A DNA stretch of 55,618 bases from Thermodesulfobacteriota bacterium (lineage in GTDB: Bacteria; Desulfobacterota_D; UBA1144; Nemesobacterales; N074bin48), in contig JBFFSH010000004.1 of the NCBI GenBank assembly GCA_041572575.1, positions 1-55,618 of the forward strand, in the 5' to 3' direction. The notes under the pieces were generated by a model that had not been told where the DNA came from, did no database searches, and saw nothing but the letters and a program-made list of their open reading frames with translations. Below, one piece after another: positions 27,057 to 38,583 of this stretch. Position 1 is the stretch's first letter; each line of letters opens with the position of its first letter. The position numbers and the translations under genes were made by a program.

Positions 27057-27479
27057 TTATAATTTATCAGTCACAAGCACTTTACCCTTGGCAGCAACTG
27101 CTGTCTTTCCGTCTGATCCCCTAATCCTTCCTCTAAGGTCAACAATATCCCCTGCTAGTTTTTCATTAGGCATGACATTAATAATAAGCAATTCTACCTT
27201 TATCTTTTCATCGGCAAATACAGGTTTTTTAAACCTCTGCCAGAACTCAAGCCCAACTGTCAAGCCGTGCCCGGAAAAATAGGAAGCAGTTGCACCCAAT
27301 AACAGTGCTGTAGTCTGCGTACCACTTGCAATTACTTTTTTAAATCGTGTATTGGCCGCAAAATCAGGATCGTGATGCATGGGGTTTAGATCACCTGCGG
27401 CTTTAGCAAACTCTGAAACCAGGGTAGGATTAAGTGTAACTTCAGTACTGAATCGCTCTCTTGGTTTTATTGAAGACAT
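27057..27479 (-). CDS. MaoC-family dehydratase (hot-dog fold)
   Basis: FAKAAGDLNPMHHDPDFAANTRFKKVIASG, RFKKPVF. Confidence 0.9.
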   Translation of the reverse strand: MSSIKPRERFSTEVTLNPTLVSEFAKAAGDLNPMHHDPDFAANTRFKKVIASGTQTTALLLGATASYFSGHGLTVGLEFWQRFKKPVFADEKIKVELLIINVMPNEKLAGDIVDLRGRIRGSDGKTAVAAKGKVLVTDKL

Positions 27480-27493
27480 AACAACAATTATAT

Positions 27494-28960
27494 ATGAAAA
27501 ATACTCTTACAGAACTTAATTTTAATAATACTTATTATAGTCTGCCTCAGGATTTCTATCATCGAGTTAATCCCACTCATTTTGATAATCCACACCTGGT
27601 AACATTTAATAAAGAAGTCTCTGAAATGATTGGCCTGGATCCGGCGGGAGCAGAGAAGTCTGACTTTGCTGAATATATATGTGGCAAAAAAGAAATACCC
27701 GGCTCAAACCCTATAGCGATGTACTATACCGGCCATCAGTTTGGGGTTTACAATAAAGATATAGGTGATGGCAGGGCAATACTTTTAGGGGAAGTTATTA
27801 ATCCTGAAAATAAGAAATGGGATTTACATCTTAAAGGCGCGGGTCGCACAAAATACTCTAGACAGTTTGATGGCAGGGCAGTCTTGAGGTCATGCATTAG
27901 GGAATATCTCTGCGGGGAGGCATTGCATTATCTTGGAATTCCTACTACAAGATCGCTCTGCATTATAGGAAGTGATGAGATAGTACAGAGGGAAATACCG
28001 GAAATGGGAGCCATGCTCCTTCGGGTAGCTCAGTCTCATGTCCGCTTCGGTTCATTTGAGGGATTTTTTTACAGTGACCAATTTGAGAATATCAAAATTC
28101 TTGCAGACTATTTAATTACAAACCATTTCTCTCAATTATTTGATTCAGATAACAAATATTATGAGCTTTATAAAGAAATTTGTAGAAATACTGGAAAGTT
28201 AATAGCTTACTGGCAGGCCTATGGATTTACTCATGGAGTGATGAATACAGATAATATGTCTGTTCTCGGACTTACTTTTGACTACGGCCCCTTTGGATTT
28301 GTAGAAGAGTTTGATCCCGAATTCATTCCAAACCATTCAGACCATCACGGCAGATATTCTCTTAGAAACCAGAAATCCATTGCCCACTGGAACCTTCAAA
28401 AGCTGGGCAAATGTTTTATAGATCTTATTACTTCAAGACAAATAAATGACGGCCTTCAAATGTACATTGACACATACAGAGATGAATATATAAAACTTAT
28501 GAGAAGAAAATTAGGTCTCGAAATTCCAGCAGAACAGGACTGGCAGCTTGTAGAAATCATATTGGAATGTCTTTACAGCTCCTGCGTAGATTACACAACC
28601 TTTTTCAGAAATCTATCCGATTTTGATGAGGATAATATCAAAACTGAAAATCCAGTTTCTAAAATGTTTAGCGGCACCGAATATGGTAAGTGGGCAGCCT
28701 TTTATTCAAAAAGATTAAAGGAAGAACAGAGCAATAAATCAAGAAGAAAAGAGCTTATGGACTCAGTAAACCCCAAATATATTCTTAGAAACTATATAGC
28801 TCAAAGAGCCATAGAAAAAGCTCAATCGGAAGACTATACAGAGATTAACAAAATCTATAAAATATTGCAGAACCCATTTGATCAACAACCCGAGTTTGAA
28901 GAATACAGCAAACCCGCGCCTGAAGAGTATAGAAACTTATCCCTTAGCTGTTCTGCTTGA
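27494..28960 (+). CDS. selO: protein adenylyltransferase SelO (YdiU)
   Basis: YTGHQFG, GDGRA, LKGAGRTKYSR, DGRAVLRSCIRE, HGVMNTDN, DYGPF, NPKYILRNY, C-terminal SCSA. Confidence 0.95.
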   Translation: MKNTLTELNFNNTYYSLPQDFYHRVNPTHFDNPHLVTFNKEVSEMIGLDPAGAEKSDFAEYICGKKEIPGSNPIAMYYTGHQFGVYNKDIGDGRAILLGEVINPENKKWDLHLKGAGRTKYSRQFDGRAVLRSCIREYLCGEALHYLGIPTTRSLCIIGSDEIVQREIPEMGAMLLRVAQSHVRFGSFEGFFYSDQFENIKILADYLITNHFSQLFDSDNKYYELYKEICRNTGKLIAYWQAYGFTHGVMNTDNMSVLGLTFDYGPFGFVEEFDPEFIPNHSDHHGRYSLRNQKSIAHWNLQKLGKCFIDLITSRQINDGLQMYIDTYRDEYIKLMRRKLGLEIPAEQDWQLVEIILECLYSSCVDYTTFFRNLSDFDEDNIKTENPVSKMFSGTEYGKWAAFYSKRLKEEQSNKSRRKELMDSVNPKYILRNYIAQRAIEKAQSEDYTEINKIYKILQNPFDQQPEFEEYSKPAPEEYRNLSLSCSA

Positions 28961-28970
28961 TTTAGATTTT

Positions 28971-31628
28971 TTACTCAGGCCTTAAAACAGTAATTGTATA
29001 CTTTTTAAGGTCAATATACTTCTTAGCTACTCTTAATACATCCTCTTTGGTCACAGACATAATACGTTCGGGGTACTTTTGATATTCTTTATAGCCCTGC
29101 CCATAAATTTCATCAAACGCTATACGTGCTGCCTGAGATGAGTTTTGCTGAAGGCCGATTTCAAAATTACCTACCAGGTACTGCTGCGCCCTGCTGAGCT
29201 CATCGTCTGTTATTCCTTTGGCCAGTAGTAGTTCCAGCTGCTCTTTCATGCCGTCAATGGCTTCATTTTCCTTTTGAGGGGCGGTGCCGATATAAACCCC
29301 AAAATAACCCGGCTCTAACCCGGGTGTATAAAAAGATGTAACAGAATAAGCCAGGCTTCTCATATCTCTAAGTTCAGTGAAGAGCCTTCCGCCCTGCCCT
29401 GCAAGTACAGTATTTAAAATTTCAAATGCATACTGATCATTATCGTTTAAATCAGGTGCTAAAAACCCAAGCAGTATATGTGCCTGAGCCTTGTCTTTTT
29501 GAGTTACAGTCGATTCTCTGATTGATTTTGCACGTTTTTCTGCCTTAAGTGAAGGCAGGCTCAGTTTATTTCCCTTAAAACCTGAAAACTGTTTATTGAG
29601 TGATGCCACAACTTTTTCGGTATCAACGTCTCCTGCAACTGAAATAACCATATTCTCCGGGTTAATATATTTTTTATAGAATTTTTGCAGGTCCTGTTTA
29701 GTAAACTTTTCTACTACTTCGGGTTTTCCAAGGCTGTCAAAACGGTACGGATGTTTTGTGTAAAGTGTGGAAAGAAAAGTATTTACTGCTGTTCTTATTG
29801 GATTATCACCCTGCCTGTTGATACTGGCAAGTATCTCTCTTTTTGCCCTGTCAATCTCATCTTCGGGAAAAGTAGGGTTAATTATTACATCTGAGAATAT
29901 ATCAATAGTTTTATCGAAGTTCTTACTGAGAGATTCTACGGCAACACCGATGCTGTTTTTACCTGAAAAACCATCAATTTCGGCAGCCAAGGATTCTACT
30001 TCTACGGCTATATCCTCAGCCGTTCTTTTAGTAGTACCGCGTGTGAACATATCAGATAACAGATTGGATATTCCATTATTTTTTTCATTTTCAAACCTCA
30101 CTCCACCAAGAAACACGGCCCTTGCAGCAAAAATAGGGACTGCATGATTTTCTTTTACAAGAAGCGTTATTCCATTATCGAGTTTTGTTTTAAATACCTG
30201 TTCTACTGAATCCGAAGATTTTTGCTCAGGCTTACTATCTGCCATTTTGGAAACTTTCTCAGCAATTTGGGAAATCTCATTTACATTAATTGAAACGTTT
30301 TCTGAAGGGAGCAGAAACCCAGGGGTCATGTTGTCATTATTAAAATATTTATTTGCAACCCTTACAATATCATCGGCAGTTACGTTTGATACCTTTTCCA
30401 GATACTCTTTTTCAAACACATAGTCGCCTGTTTCGACCTCATAAAAACCAAGTTTTTGTGCCTGCCCCTGCATGGTTTCTTTTGTATAAATAGTATCACT
30501 TTCGATGTTTACCTTTGCTTTATTCAGTTCGTCATTACTCACCTTTTCATTTTTAAGCTTATATAATTCAGACAGCGCCTCAGTTAAAGCTTCTTTCGAG
30601 TTTTCAGGCTTAAGAGTGCCGCCTATTACGAAAAGACCTGGATCTTTGGGAGTAAAAGAGTATGAATAAATGCTGTTAACTATTCCCTTTTCTTCTTTTA
30701 TGTTTCTGTATAGACGCGAGCTTTCACCTCCGCCAAGAATGTTCGAGAGTACATCCAGCACAGGTGTATCATCACTATTTGCTGCTGGTCCATGAAAAGC
30801 GATTACAAAATATCCTTCTTTTATATCCTTTGAAATAACAAAAGGATTAATCTTATTTTGCCTAGGTTCTACGGGTATATCACATTCAGGAATCGGAGTT
30901 TTATTAATTTTTCCAAAAGTCTTATTAATTTTTTCTTTTATTTCTGACTCGTTAAAATCACCTACTACTACTACAACCATATTGTCTGGTGAATACCATT
31001 TTTTATAAAAATCAAGGATTCCTTCTCTTGTAAAACTCTTTACGCTCTCTGATGTTCCTATTACAGGTCTTTTATATGTATGATGTTTATAAGCCTCTGC
31101 AAACATCTTCTGGCTAAGTACCCTGCTAGGTGAATCCTCTCCCCTTCTTATTTCTTCCAAAACAACTTCAAGCTCCTTACTCAGCTCTTCAGGATCAAAA
31201 GTAGAGCTTGTTACAGCATCTGAAAGCACATCCAGGGCAGTCTCGGCAAACCTGCTTGCTATCACAACATAATAAACAGTTTCATCAAACGAGGTAAAAG
31301 CATTAATATCACCGCCGCTGCTCTCTATTACCCTTGCAATTTCTCCAACTCCTCTTTTCTCGGTACCCTTAAAAAGCATGTGTTCGTGTACGTGAGCAAG
31401 ACCAAACTCACCCTCAACTTCGCAGGCACTTCCTACCTTCACCCACACGTTCACTGCAACTACCGGTGAGGCATGGTTTTGTTCTAGTATCACTGTAAGA
31501 CCGTTATCAAGCGTATATTTTTCAGTAACGGGTTGCTCATTTGAGCTGTCTGCTGCAAGTATCATATCTGTCTCCTTGAATAAAACTAAAGAAAGTAAAA
31601 TCAATAAAATTGTTCTTAATTTTTTCAT
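28971..31628 (-). CDS. M16 (pitrilysin) family zinc peptidase, exported, two-module fusion
   Basis: Signal peptide, inverted zinc motif HVHEH, NAFTS, second module lacking HXXEH. Confidence 0.92.
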   Translation of the reverse strand: MKKLRTILLILLSLVLFKETDMILAADSSNEQPVTEKYTLDNGLTVILEQNHASPVVAVNVWVKVGSACEVEGEFGLAHVHEHMLFKGTEKRGVGEIARVIESSGGDINAFTSFDETVYYVVIASRFAETALDVLSDAVTSSTFDPEELSKELEVVLEEIRRGEDSPSRVLSQKMFAEAYKHHTYKRPVIGTSESVKSFTREGILDFYKKWYSPDNMVVVVVGDFNESEIKEKINKTFGKINKTPIPECDIPVEPRQNKINPFVISKDIKEGYFVIAFHGPAANSDDTPVLDVLSNILGGGESSRLYRNIKEEKGIVNSIYSYSFTPKDPGLFVIGGTLKPENSKEALTEALSELYKLKNEKVSNDELNKAKVNIESDTIYTKETMQGQAQKLGFYEVETGDYVFEKEYLEKVSNVTADDIVRVANKYFNNDNMTPGFLLPSENVSINVNEISQIAEKVSKMADSKPEQKSSDSVEQVFKTKLDNGITLLVKENHAVPIFAARAVFLGGVRFENEKNNGISNLLSDMFTRGTTKRTAEDIAVEVESLAAEIDGFSGKNSIGVAVESLSKNFDKTIDIFSDVIINPTFPEDEIDRAKREILASINRQGDNPIRTAVNTFLSTLYTKHPYRFDSLGKPEVVEKFTKQDLQKFYKKYINPENMVISVAGDVDTEKVVASLNKQFSGFKGNKLSLPSLKAEKRAKSIRESTVTQKDKAQAHILLGFLAPDLNDNDQYAFEILNTVLAGQGGRLFTELRDMRSLAYSVTSFYTPGLEPGYFGVYIGTAPQKENEAIDGMKEQLELLLAKGITDDELSRAQQYLVGNFEIGLQQNSSQAARIAFDEIYGQGYKEYQKYPERIMSVTKEDVLRVAKKYIDLKKYTITVLRPE

Positions 31629-31694
31629 TGTATGTAATATTACCCTAATTGTATTAAAGTTTAGATGTATTAAACCCGGGAATGGATTAAATTG

Positions 31695-32504
31695 TTATAA
31701 TATTCTTGTTGTTTGCTTTTCCTCTTGTGATCTCACCCTCTCCTGCTTCTTAACCAGGTTATATAGATAAAGAAAAAATCCGCTCAAAGCATAGGTATAT
31801 GCTATAAGGAGTATCATCGCCTCAGGGATGGTGATGATAGCCGCTATTATAATTGAAATCACAACAAGTGCATTAAAAGGCCTTTTAATGTTTCTTGGAA
31901 ACTTCCAGTATGGCACATCACTTACCATGAGCATCCCAATAAACGGGGTTACAAAAAGATAAGCCCACATAGCAATTTCCGTGGGATCAAGCCTTATTTC
32001 TGCAAAAAACAGAATTGGAGAAGCCACGATACCCGCGGCCATAGGGCTTGGAAGGCCTGTGAACTTGTATTTTTCTACCCCTGCAGACTGCACATTAAAC
32101 CTTGCAAGCCTGAGTGCAGTGCAAACTACATAAAAAAGAACCACCATAAGTCCTAACTTTCCTGAGTTAATAAGGCCCCATGAATAAATGAGCACAGCAG
32201 GAGCTACACCAAATGATACAAGGTCGCTCAGTGAATCATAGGATATACCAAAATCACTTTCTGAACTTATTAGTCTTGCTATCCTTCCGTCTAGCAGATC
32301 AAGAAAAGCCGATATACCAATAAAAGCCGCTGCCCACCAGTACTTTCTATAAAATTCTTCTGTTGTGATCAGATCATTAGATACCATGCTTACTATCTGA
32401 ATCGAGGTCATTATTGAAAGCAGCCCGAAAAACAGATTTCCTGTAGTCATGATACTTGGCAGTAGCGGCATCATACGCTGCCTTCTGGTTTTTTTCTTCT
32501 TCAT
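31695..32504 (-). CDS. pssA: CDP-diacylglycerol-serine O-phosphatidyltransferase
   Basis: DLLDGRIAR...G...DSLSDLVSFGVAP, LRLARFNVQ, FTGLPSP. Adjacent to psd. Confidence 0.92.
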   Translation of the reverse strand: MKKKKTRRQRMMPLLPSIMTTGNLFFGLLSIMTSIQIVSMVSNDLITTEEFYRKYWWAAAFIGISAFLDLLDGRIARLISSESDFGISYDSLSDLVSFGVAPAVLIYSWGLINSGKLGLMVVLFYVVCTALRLARFNVQSAGVEKYKFTGLPSPMAAGIVASPILFFAEIRLDPTEIAMWAYLFVTPFIGMLMVSDVPYWKFPRNIKRPFNALVVISIIIAAIITIPEAMILLIAYTYALSGFFLYLYNLVKKQERVRSQEEKQTTRIL

Positions 32505-33150
32505 TTACTTTTAAACTCTCCGATGATTGATTGTCCACCTACCACTTTATCACCCAAACTTACCATTAATTGTACATCCTTCGGCAGGTAAATATCAACC
32601 CTTGATCCAAATCTTATGAGTCCTATCCTCTGAGCAATGCTGAGTTTATCACCCATTTTAATCAGAGGCACTATTCTTCTTGCAAGAAATCCGGTTATGA
32701 GTGAAACAACTATCGGCTCCCTACTCTCCGTTTCAAGAAGCATGGAAAATCTCTCGTTATCATCCGAGGCATGATCGGTAAAAGCAAGTTTAAACTCACC
32801 CGGTTTATACTTTGTAGATTTTATAGTTCCGGGGTATGGGTTTCTGTTTACATGACAGTCAAAAATTGACAAGAATATGCTTATGCACTGCATTTCTTCT
32901 GTGAGGAAGTTTGGTTCTGAAATATTTTTAATAGAGACTACTTTTCCATGAGCTGGTGAGAGGATTAAATTACTGCCTGCAGGAATATCAGGATCAGGGT
33001 CTCTGAAAAAGAATATAATAAAACCTGTGAGAATCCCGAATATCAGAGAAAGTGTTACACAACCCCAAAGTGCAAACAACCATGTGATAACTGCAAGAGG
33101 GATAATAAACTTAAGCCCGTCAGCAGCAATCTTTGGTCTGAATTCTTCCA

Positions 33151-33151
<1 letters not shown>
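32501..33151 (-). CDS. psd: phosphatidylserine decarboxylase proenzyme
   Basis: FFRDP, SPAHGKV, IFLSIFDCHVNR, RFGSRVD self-cleavage site. Confidence 0.93.
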
Positions 33152-34167
<1,016 letters not shown>

Positions 34168-34171
34168 CTAC

Positions 34172-34669
34172 TTATTTCTCCTTCTGTTTATTTTGTAAGT
34201 CTCTTTTAAGTGCTACTGTACCTGTTCTTGCAATTTCACTTATACCCATCGGAGCAAGAAGATCAATAAAAGCTGTGAGCTTGTCTTTATCACCCGTAAG
34301 TTCAAGCATATAGTTTTTCTGACCGACATCTACTACTTTTGCCCTGAATATATCAACTATTCTTAGTATTTCTGCTCTGTATTCCTTTTTTGTATCAACC
34401 CTTACCAGCACCATTTCACGCTCAACCCTTGTTTGTGTTGTGAGGTCATTCACTTCTATGACGTTTACCATATTATTAAAGCGCTTTACTACTTGAGCAA
34501 TGACATGCGGGTCTCCACTTGTAACAAGAGTTATCCTGGAAGTTCCGGGTTCGCGTGCCTCTGCCACACAAAGACTCTCAATGTTAAAGCCCCTTGCGCT
34601 AAACAAACCTGAAATTCTGGAAAGAACCCCGGATTCGTTATCTACTAGTATAGAAATAGTATGTCTCAA
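34172..34669 (-). CDS. ilvN: acetolactate synthase small subunit
   Basis: ACT domain RISGLFSARGFNIESL. Start moved to TTG 34669 (MRHTISILV), 8 nt after GGAGG. Confidence 0.95.
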   Translation of the reverse strand: MRHTISILVDNESGVLSRISGLFSARGFNIESLCVAEAREPGTSRITLVTSGDPHVIAQVVKRFNNMVNVIEVNDLTTQTRVEREMVLVRVDTKKEYRAEILRIVDIFRAKVVDVGQKNYMLELTGDKDKLTAFIDLLAPMGISEIARTGTVALKRDLQNKQKEK

Positions 34670-34751
34670 ATATATTTCCTCCAATCAAATTAGTAATAAT
34701 TAGGAAATGAAAAGGTGTAACTAAAAATCATTTCATTGTAAATAGCTTAAC

Positions 34752-36455
34752 TTAAGCTACATCCACAGGATCCATAATCATCTCATTCATAGCCGCTCCG
34801 GGGGCAATCATTGGATATACCATCTCTTCACAGTCCACATCAACCTCTAAAAGAACCACTCCTTCCATGTTCAGTGCTTCTTTAAATGAAGATTCGACCT
34901 GATCGGGCCTTGAAACCTTCATTCCCTTTGCTCCAAATGACTCTGCAAGCATAACGAAATCAGGAAGCACCTCAAAGCGGGATGCAGAGTAGTTTTGATC
35001 AAAAAACATCGTCTGCCACTGTCTTACCATGCCGTGGTGCCTGTTATTAAATACTATTATTGTTAGATCCAATTTATACTCAACAGCAGTAGCAAGCTCC
35101 TGCATATTCATCTGGAAACTGCCGTCTCCACATACAGAAATCACCCTTTCATTGGGCTTAGCAAACTTGGCTCCCATTGCTGCCGGGAAACCAAAACCCA
35201 TTGTTCCAAGCCCACCGGAATTTATCCAGGTTCTTGGCCTGTTGAACCTATAAAACTGAGCAAGCCACATCTGATGCTGGCCGACATCGGATACTATTAT
35301 TGCATCACCCTTTGTCATATTTGAAAGAGTATCGATTGCAAAGCTGGTCTGAATTTTGTCATCATCTTGATGAGGATTTAGAGGATGCTGATCTTGCCAT
35401 TTCTTTATCTGAGCATGCCACTCTTTTCTCCGAGGTTTCAAATCAGTAGGTATAATTTCAATAAGTTGTTTTAATACTTCTTTTGCGTCACCTATTATTG
35501 GACAGTCAACTTTAATGTTCTTCTCTATTGACGACGGGTCAATATCTATATGAATTATTTCTGCATTAGGAGCGAATTTTTCAAAGTTTCCACCTGTAGC
35601 TCTGTCATCAAATCTGCCTCCAACGGAAATTACCAGGTCTGATTCATGAACTGCCATATTTGCGGCATATGAGCCATGCATACCAAGCATACTTATATAT
35701 AATGGGTCGTTTGCTGGAAAAGCTCCAAGCCCCATAAGGGTAAGGTTTACAGGAATGTTGAGTCTATGAACAAAATCTGAAAGCTCTTTGCTGGCGTTTG
35801 AAAGAATAATTCCGCCTCCACCATATATGATGGGTCTCTTAGATTTCTTAATCATATTCATGGCACGTTTTATCTGCTGAGGATCTCCTTTTGTAGGAGG
35901 TTTATATCCCCTTAAATTAACCTTTTCAGGAATAAAGAACTCATCTTCACCGATTAATACGTCTTTAGGCATATCAACTAACACTGGGCTTGGCCTTCCT
36001 GTGGTAGCAATATAAAATGCTTCTTTCATGGCTTTTGGAAGGTCGTAAGTTTCTCTGACTAAAAAGTTGTGTTTAGTACAGGGCATTGTGATTCCGATAT
36101 GATCTGCTTCCTGGAAAGCATCACTACCAAGATACTGTGTGGGGACCTGTCCTGTAAAAACTACAACAGGGGATGAATCCATTTGTGCAGTTGCAATTCC
36201 TGTTACAGTGTTAGTTGCAGCAGGGCCGGAGGTACAAAGAACAACTCCTGGTTTACCAGATGCCCTTGCATAGCCATCTGCCATATGAGTTGCACCCTGT
36301 TCATGTCTTGCAAGCACATGGGTAATATCACCTAGATACTTGGTCATGACATCATAGACCTTAAGCACATATCCTCCGGGCAGCCCAAAGACTACGTCTA
36401 TCCCTTCGTGTTTAAGAGTCTCAAAAAACATTTCCGCACCAAGCATTCTAGCCAT
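34752..36455 (-). CDS. ilvB: acetolactate synthase large subunit
   Basis: RHEQGA, TSGPAATN, DVGQHQMW, SGGLGTMGFG, GDGSFQMN. Confidence 0.97.
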   Translation of the reverse strand: MARMLGAEMFFETLKHEGIDVVFGLPGGYVLKVYDVMTKYLGDITHVLARHEQGATHMADGYARASGKPGVVLCTSGPAATNTVTGIATAQMDSSPVVVFTGQVPTQYLGSDAFQEADHIGITMPCTKHNFLVRETYDLPKAMKEAFYIATTGRPSPVLVDMPKDVLIGEDEFFIPEKVNLRGYKPPTKGDPQQIKRAMNMIKKSKRPIIYGGGGIILSNASKELSDFVHRLNIPVNLTLMGLGAFPANDPLYISMLGMHGSYAANMAVHESDLVISVGGRFDDRATGGNFEKFAPNAEIIHIDIDPSSIEKNIKVDCPIIGDAKEVLKQLIEIIPTDLKPRRKEWHAQIKKWQDQHPLNPHQDDDKIQTSFAIDTLSNMTKGDAIIVSDVGQHQMWLAQFYRFNRPRTWINSGGLGTMGFGFPAAMGAKFAKPNERVISVCGDGSFQMNMQELATAVEYKLDLTIIVFNNRHHGMVRQWQTMFFDQNYSASRFEVLPDFVMLAESFGAKGMKVSRPDQVESSFKEALNMEGVVLLEVDVDCEEMVYPMIAPGAAMNEMIMDPVDVA

Positions 36456-36486
36456 TTAATGTAAAACCTCCTGAATTAAAATATCC

Positions 36487-36708
36487 TTATTTCTTTTTCT
36501 TAAATTCTTTCATTTTTTGCTGCATTTGATCCTTAAGAGCTAATTTCAGTTTTTTTAGCTGCTTAATTTCAAGCTCTTCAGCTACAGACAAATCATCTAT
36601 ATTTTCCAAAACAGCAACTTTTTCATCTAGTTGCCTGTGTTCTGAAAATAAATTTCTAAAACCTTCATCCTCTTCTAATAACTTTTGAACCAAATCATCA
36701 TCTGCCAT
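36487..36708 (-). CDS. DUF465 (YdcH-like) coiled-coil protein
   Basis: F..LF.EH..LDEK...LKKLKLALKDQM. Confidence 0.85.
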   Translation of the reverse strand: MADDDLVQKLLEEDEGFRNLFSEHRQLDEKVAVLENIDDLSVAEELEIKQLKKLKLALKDQMQQKMKEFKKKK

Positions 36709-36712
36709 GATA

Positions 36713-37411
36713 TCACCTCTTATTATCTATTAATTCGGCATGAGCCTCTCTTACATATCTAGGAACAAGCGTATTAACTTCATCCTTTTTTGCCTTTTTA
36801 AAACTATCAACACCCAATAATACACAGCTTGATGCACGCGGACTACACAAGTGCCCTGGTGCAAAAAGCACAAGACCGTTTATTCTATCCATAAAAGTTA
36901 ATTTATTCAAATTTAATCCGTCACCAATTAACACAATTTTTTCATTTTTTTGCTCTATACTACTGCATATATCATCTACACTTACAATTTTATCCCCTTC
37001 ACCTATAATCTCCAGTTCGTTATTATTATATCTAAAAAATGCAGAATATAACTGTCCTTTTTTGGCATCTATAATACTGCAGATTGGAAATGGCGTAATT
37101 AGTGAATTAAAAGCCACACACTTTAGAGTTGATACCCCTATAAGGGGTAAACCGAGAGAATATGCTATACCCTTGGCAGCTGAAATCCCAACCCTAAGAG
37201 AGGTATAAGAACCGGGCCCCGAAGAAACTGCAATTCCCTGCAGGTCAGATTTTTGAAGCCCTATTGTACAAAGCAACTTATCTATAGAAGGAATAATCTG
37301 TGTAGAATGTTTTAACCCGGAATTGAAGAAAAGCTCCCCTAATACTTTATCATCTTCTGCTACAGCCACACTGCCGCATAAAGATGATGTTTCTATTCCC
37401 AGTGCTATCAT
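36713..37411 (-). CDS. tsaB: tRNA threonylcarbamoyladenosine biosynthesis protein TsaB
   Basis: LGIETS, HS..I, GPGSYTSLRVG, IDAKK, LVPRYVR. Confidence 0.93.
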   Translation of the reverse strand: MIALGIETSSLCGSVAVAEDDKVLGELFFNSGLKHSTQIIPSIDKLLCTIGLQKSDLQGIAVSSGPGSYTSLRVGISAAKGIAYSLGLPLIGVSTLKCVAFNSLITPFPICSIIDAKKGQLYSAFFRYNNNELEIIGEGDKIVSVDDICSSIEQKNEKIVLIGDGLNLNKLTFMDRINGLVLFAPGHLCSPRASSCVLLGVDSFKKAKKDEVNTLVPRYVREAHAELIDNKR

Positions 37412-37455
37412 TAACTAAAAATTCAACCTAAATAATATCAATGCCAACAGAATGC

Positions 37456-38583
37456 TTATTGTGTCTGCATAGGCTCATCCATTCTTCCAAGAGAAGCAGA
37501 TCCCGAGCTAATACCTTTGATTCTGAGGTCAAGGTCATCTTTGTTAGTAGCCTGCCTCATGGCTTCTTCATATGTAATGAGCTTCTGTCTGAAAAGATTA
37601 TAAAGGCACTGATCGAATGTCTGCATTCCATAATGCAGGTGTCCCTCTTCAATGGCCTGCCTGATTTCACTTGTTTTTGTAGGATCGGCAATACAGTCTT
37701 TGATTCTTGAAGTTGCCAGCAGGACTTCAACCGCGGGAACCCTGCCCTTTCCATCTGCCTGAGGCATGAGCCTCTGAGATATAATTGCTTTTAACACCTG
37801 TGAGAGCTGATATCTGATCTGATTTTGCTGACTCGATGGAAATACAGCAAGCATACGGTTAATGGTTTCCTGAGCATCCAGTGTATGAAGCGTAGTAAAC
37901 ACAAGGTGACCTGTTTCTGCAGCAGCAGTAGCAATTTCGATTGATTCCAAGTCACGCATCTCACCAATGAGAATAACGTCCGGATCTTCACGAAGAGATG
38001 CTCTCATTGCATTTGAGAATGAAAGAGTATCAATTCCGACTTCGCGCTGGTTAATATAGCTATTTTTGTCCGTGTGTGTGTATTCCAGAGGATCTTCAAT
38101 ACTAATTATATGCGATGCCTTTTTTGTATTAATATTGTCTATCATGGCTGCAAGAGAAGTAGATTTTCCACTACCTGTTGTACCAGTTACGATAACTAGC
38201 CCCCTGTCTTCCATACTTATTTTATCAAGTATTGGCGGGAGGTTTAAATCATCGAATGATAAGATGTTATAAGGGATAGCCCTAATAGCCATAGAAGTTT
38301 CTCCGCGCTGCTGGTAAACATTTACCCTGAAACGTGAAACATCGGGAATATTATATGCAAGGTCAATATCAAAAGTTCTTTCAAATCTTTCTATCTGATT
38401 TTTATTCATTACAGAAGAATATAGACTCTTCATGATCTCTGCGTTTATAACCGGTGCTTCTTTCATGAAATGAAGCCTACCGTTTACCCTGAACACAGGA
38501 ACACTATCGGTTTTAAGGTGAATATCCGATGCACCTACCTTAAGTGCTGCCTTCAATAAATCATCAATTTTCAATATAGCCAT
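37456..38583 (-). CDS. pilT: PilT/PilU-family type IV pilus retraction ATPase
   Basis: GTTGSGKST, IEDPLEY, LREDPDVILIGEMRD, AETGHLVFTTLHT, GMQTFDQ. PilT versus PilU not resolved. Confidence 0.85.
   Translation of the reverse strand: MAILKIDDLLKAALKVGASDIHLKTDSVPVFRVNGRLHFMKEAPVINAEIMKSLYSSVMNKNQIERFERTFDIDLAYNIPDVSRFRVNVYQQRGETSMAIRAIPYNILSFDDLNLPPILDKISMEDRGLVIVTGTTGSGKSTSLAAMIDNINTKKASHIISIEDPLEYTHTDKNSYINQREVGIDTLSFSNAMRASLREDPDVILIGEMRDLESIEIATAAAETGHLVFTTLHTLDAQETINRMLAVFPSSQQNQIRYQLSQVLKAIISQRLMPQADGKGRVPAVEVLLATSRIKDCIADPTKTSEIRQAIEEGHLHYGMQTFDQCLYNLFRQKLITYEEAMRQATNKDDLDLRIKGISSGSASLGRMDEPMQTQ

Noticed and set aside
28940-28970. Possible selenocysteine read-through at the selO TGA
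   Set aside because: The redox-motif position is already Cys (TGT in SCSA), the TGA sits at the normal protein end, and the convergent gene ends 10 bp later.
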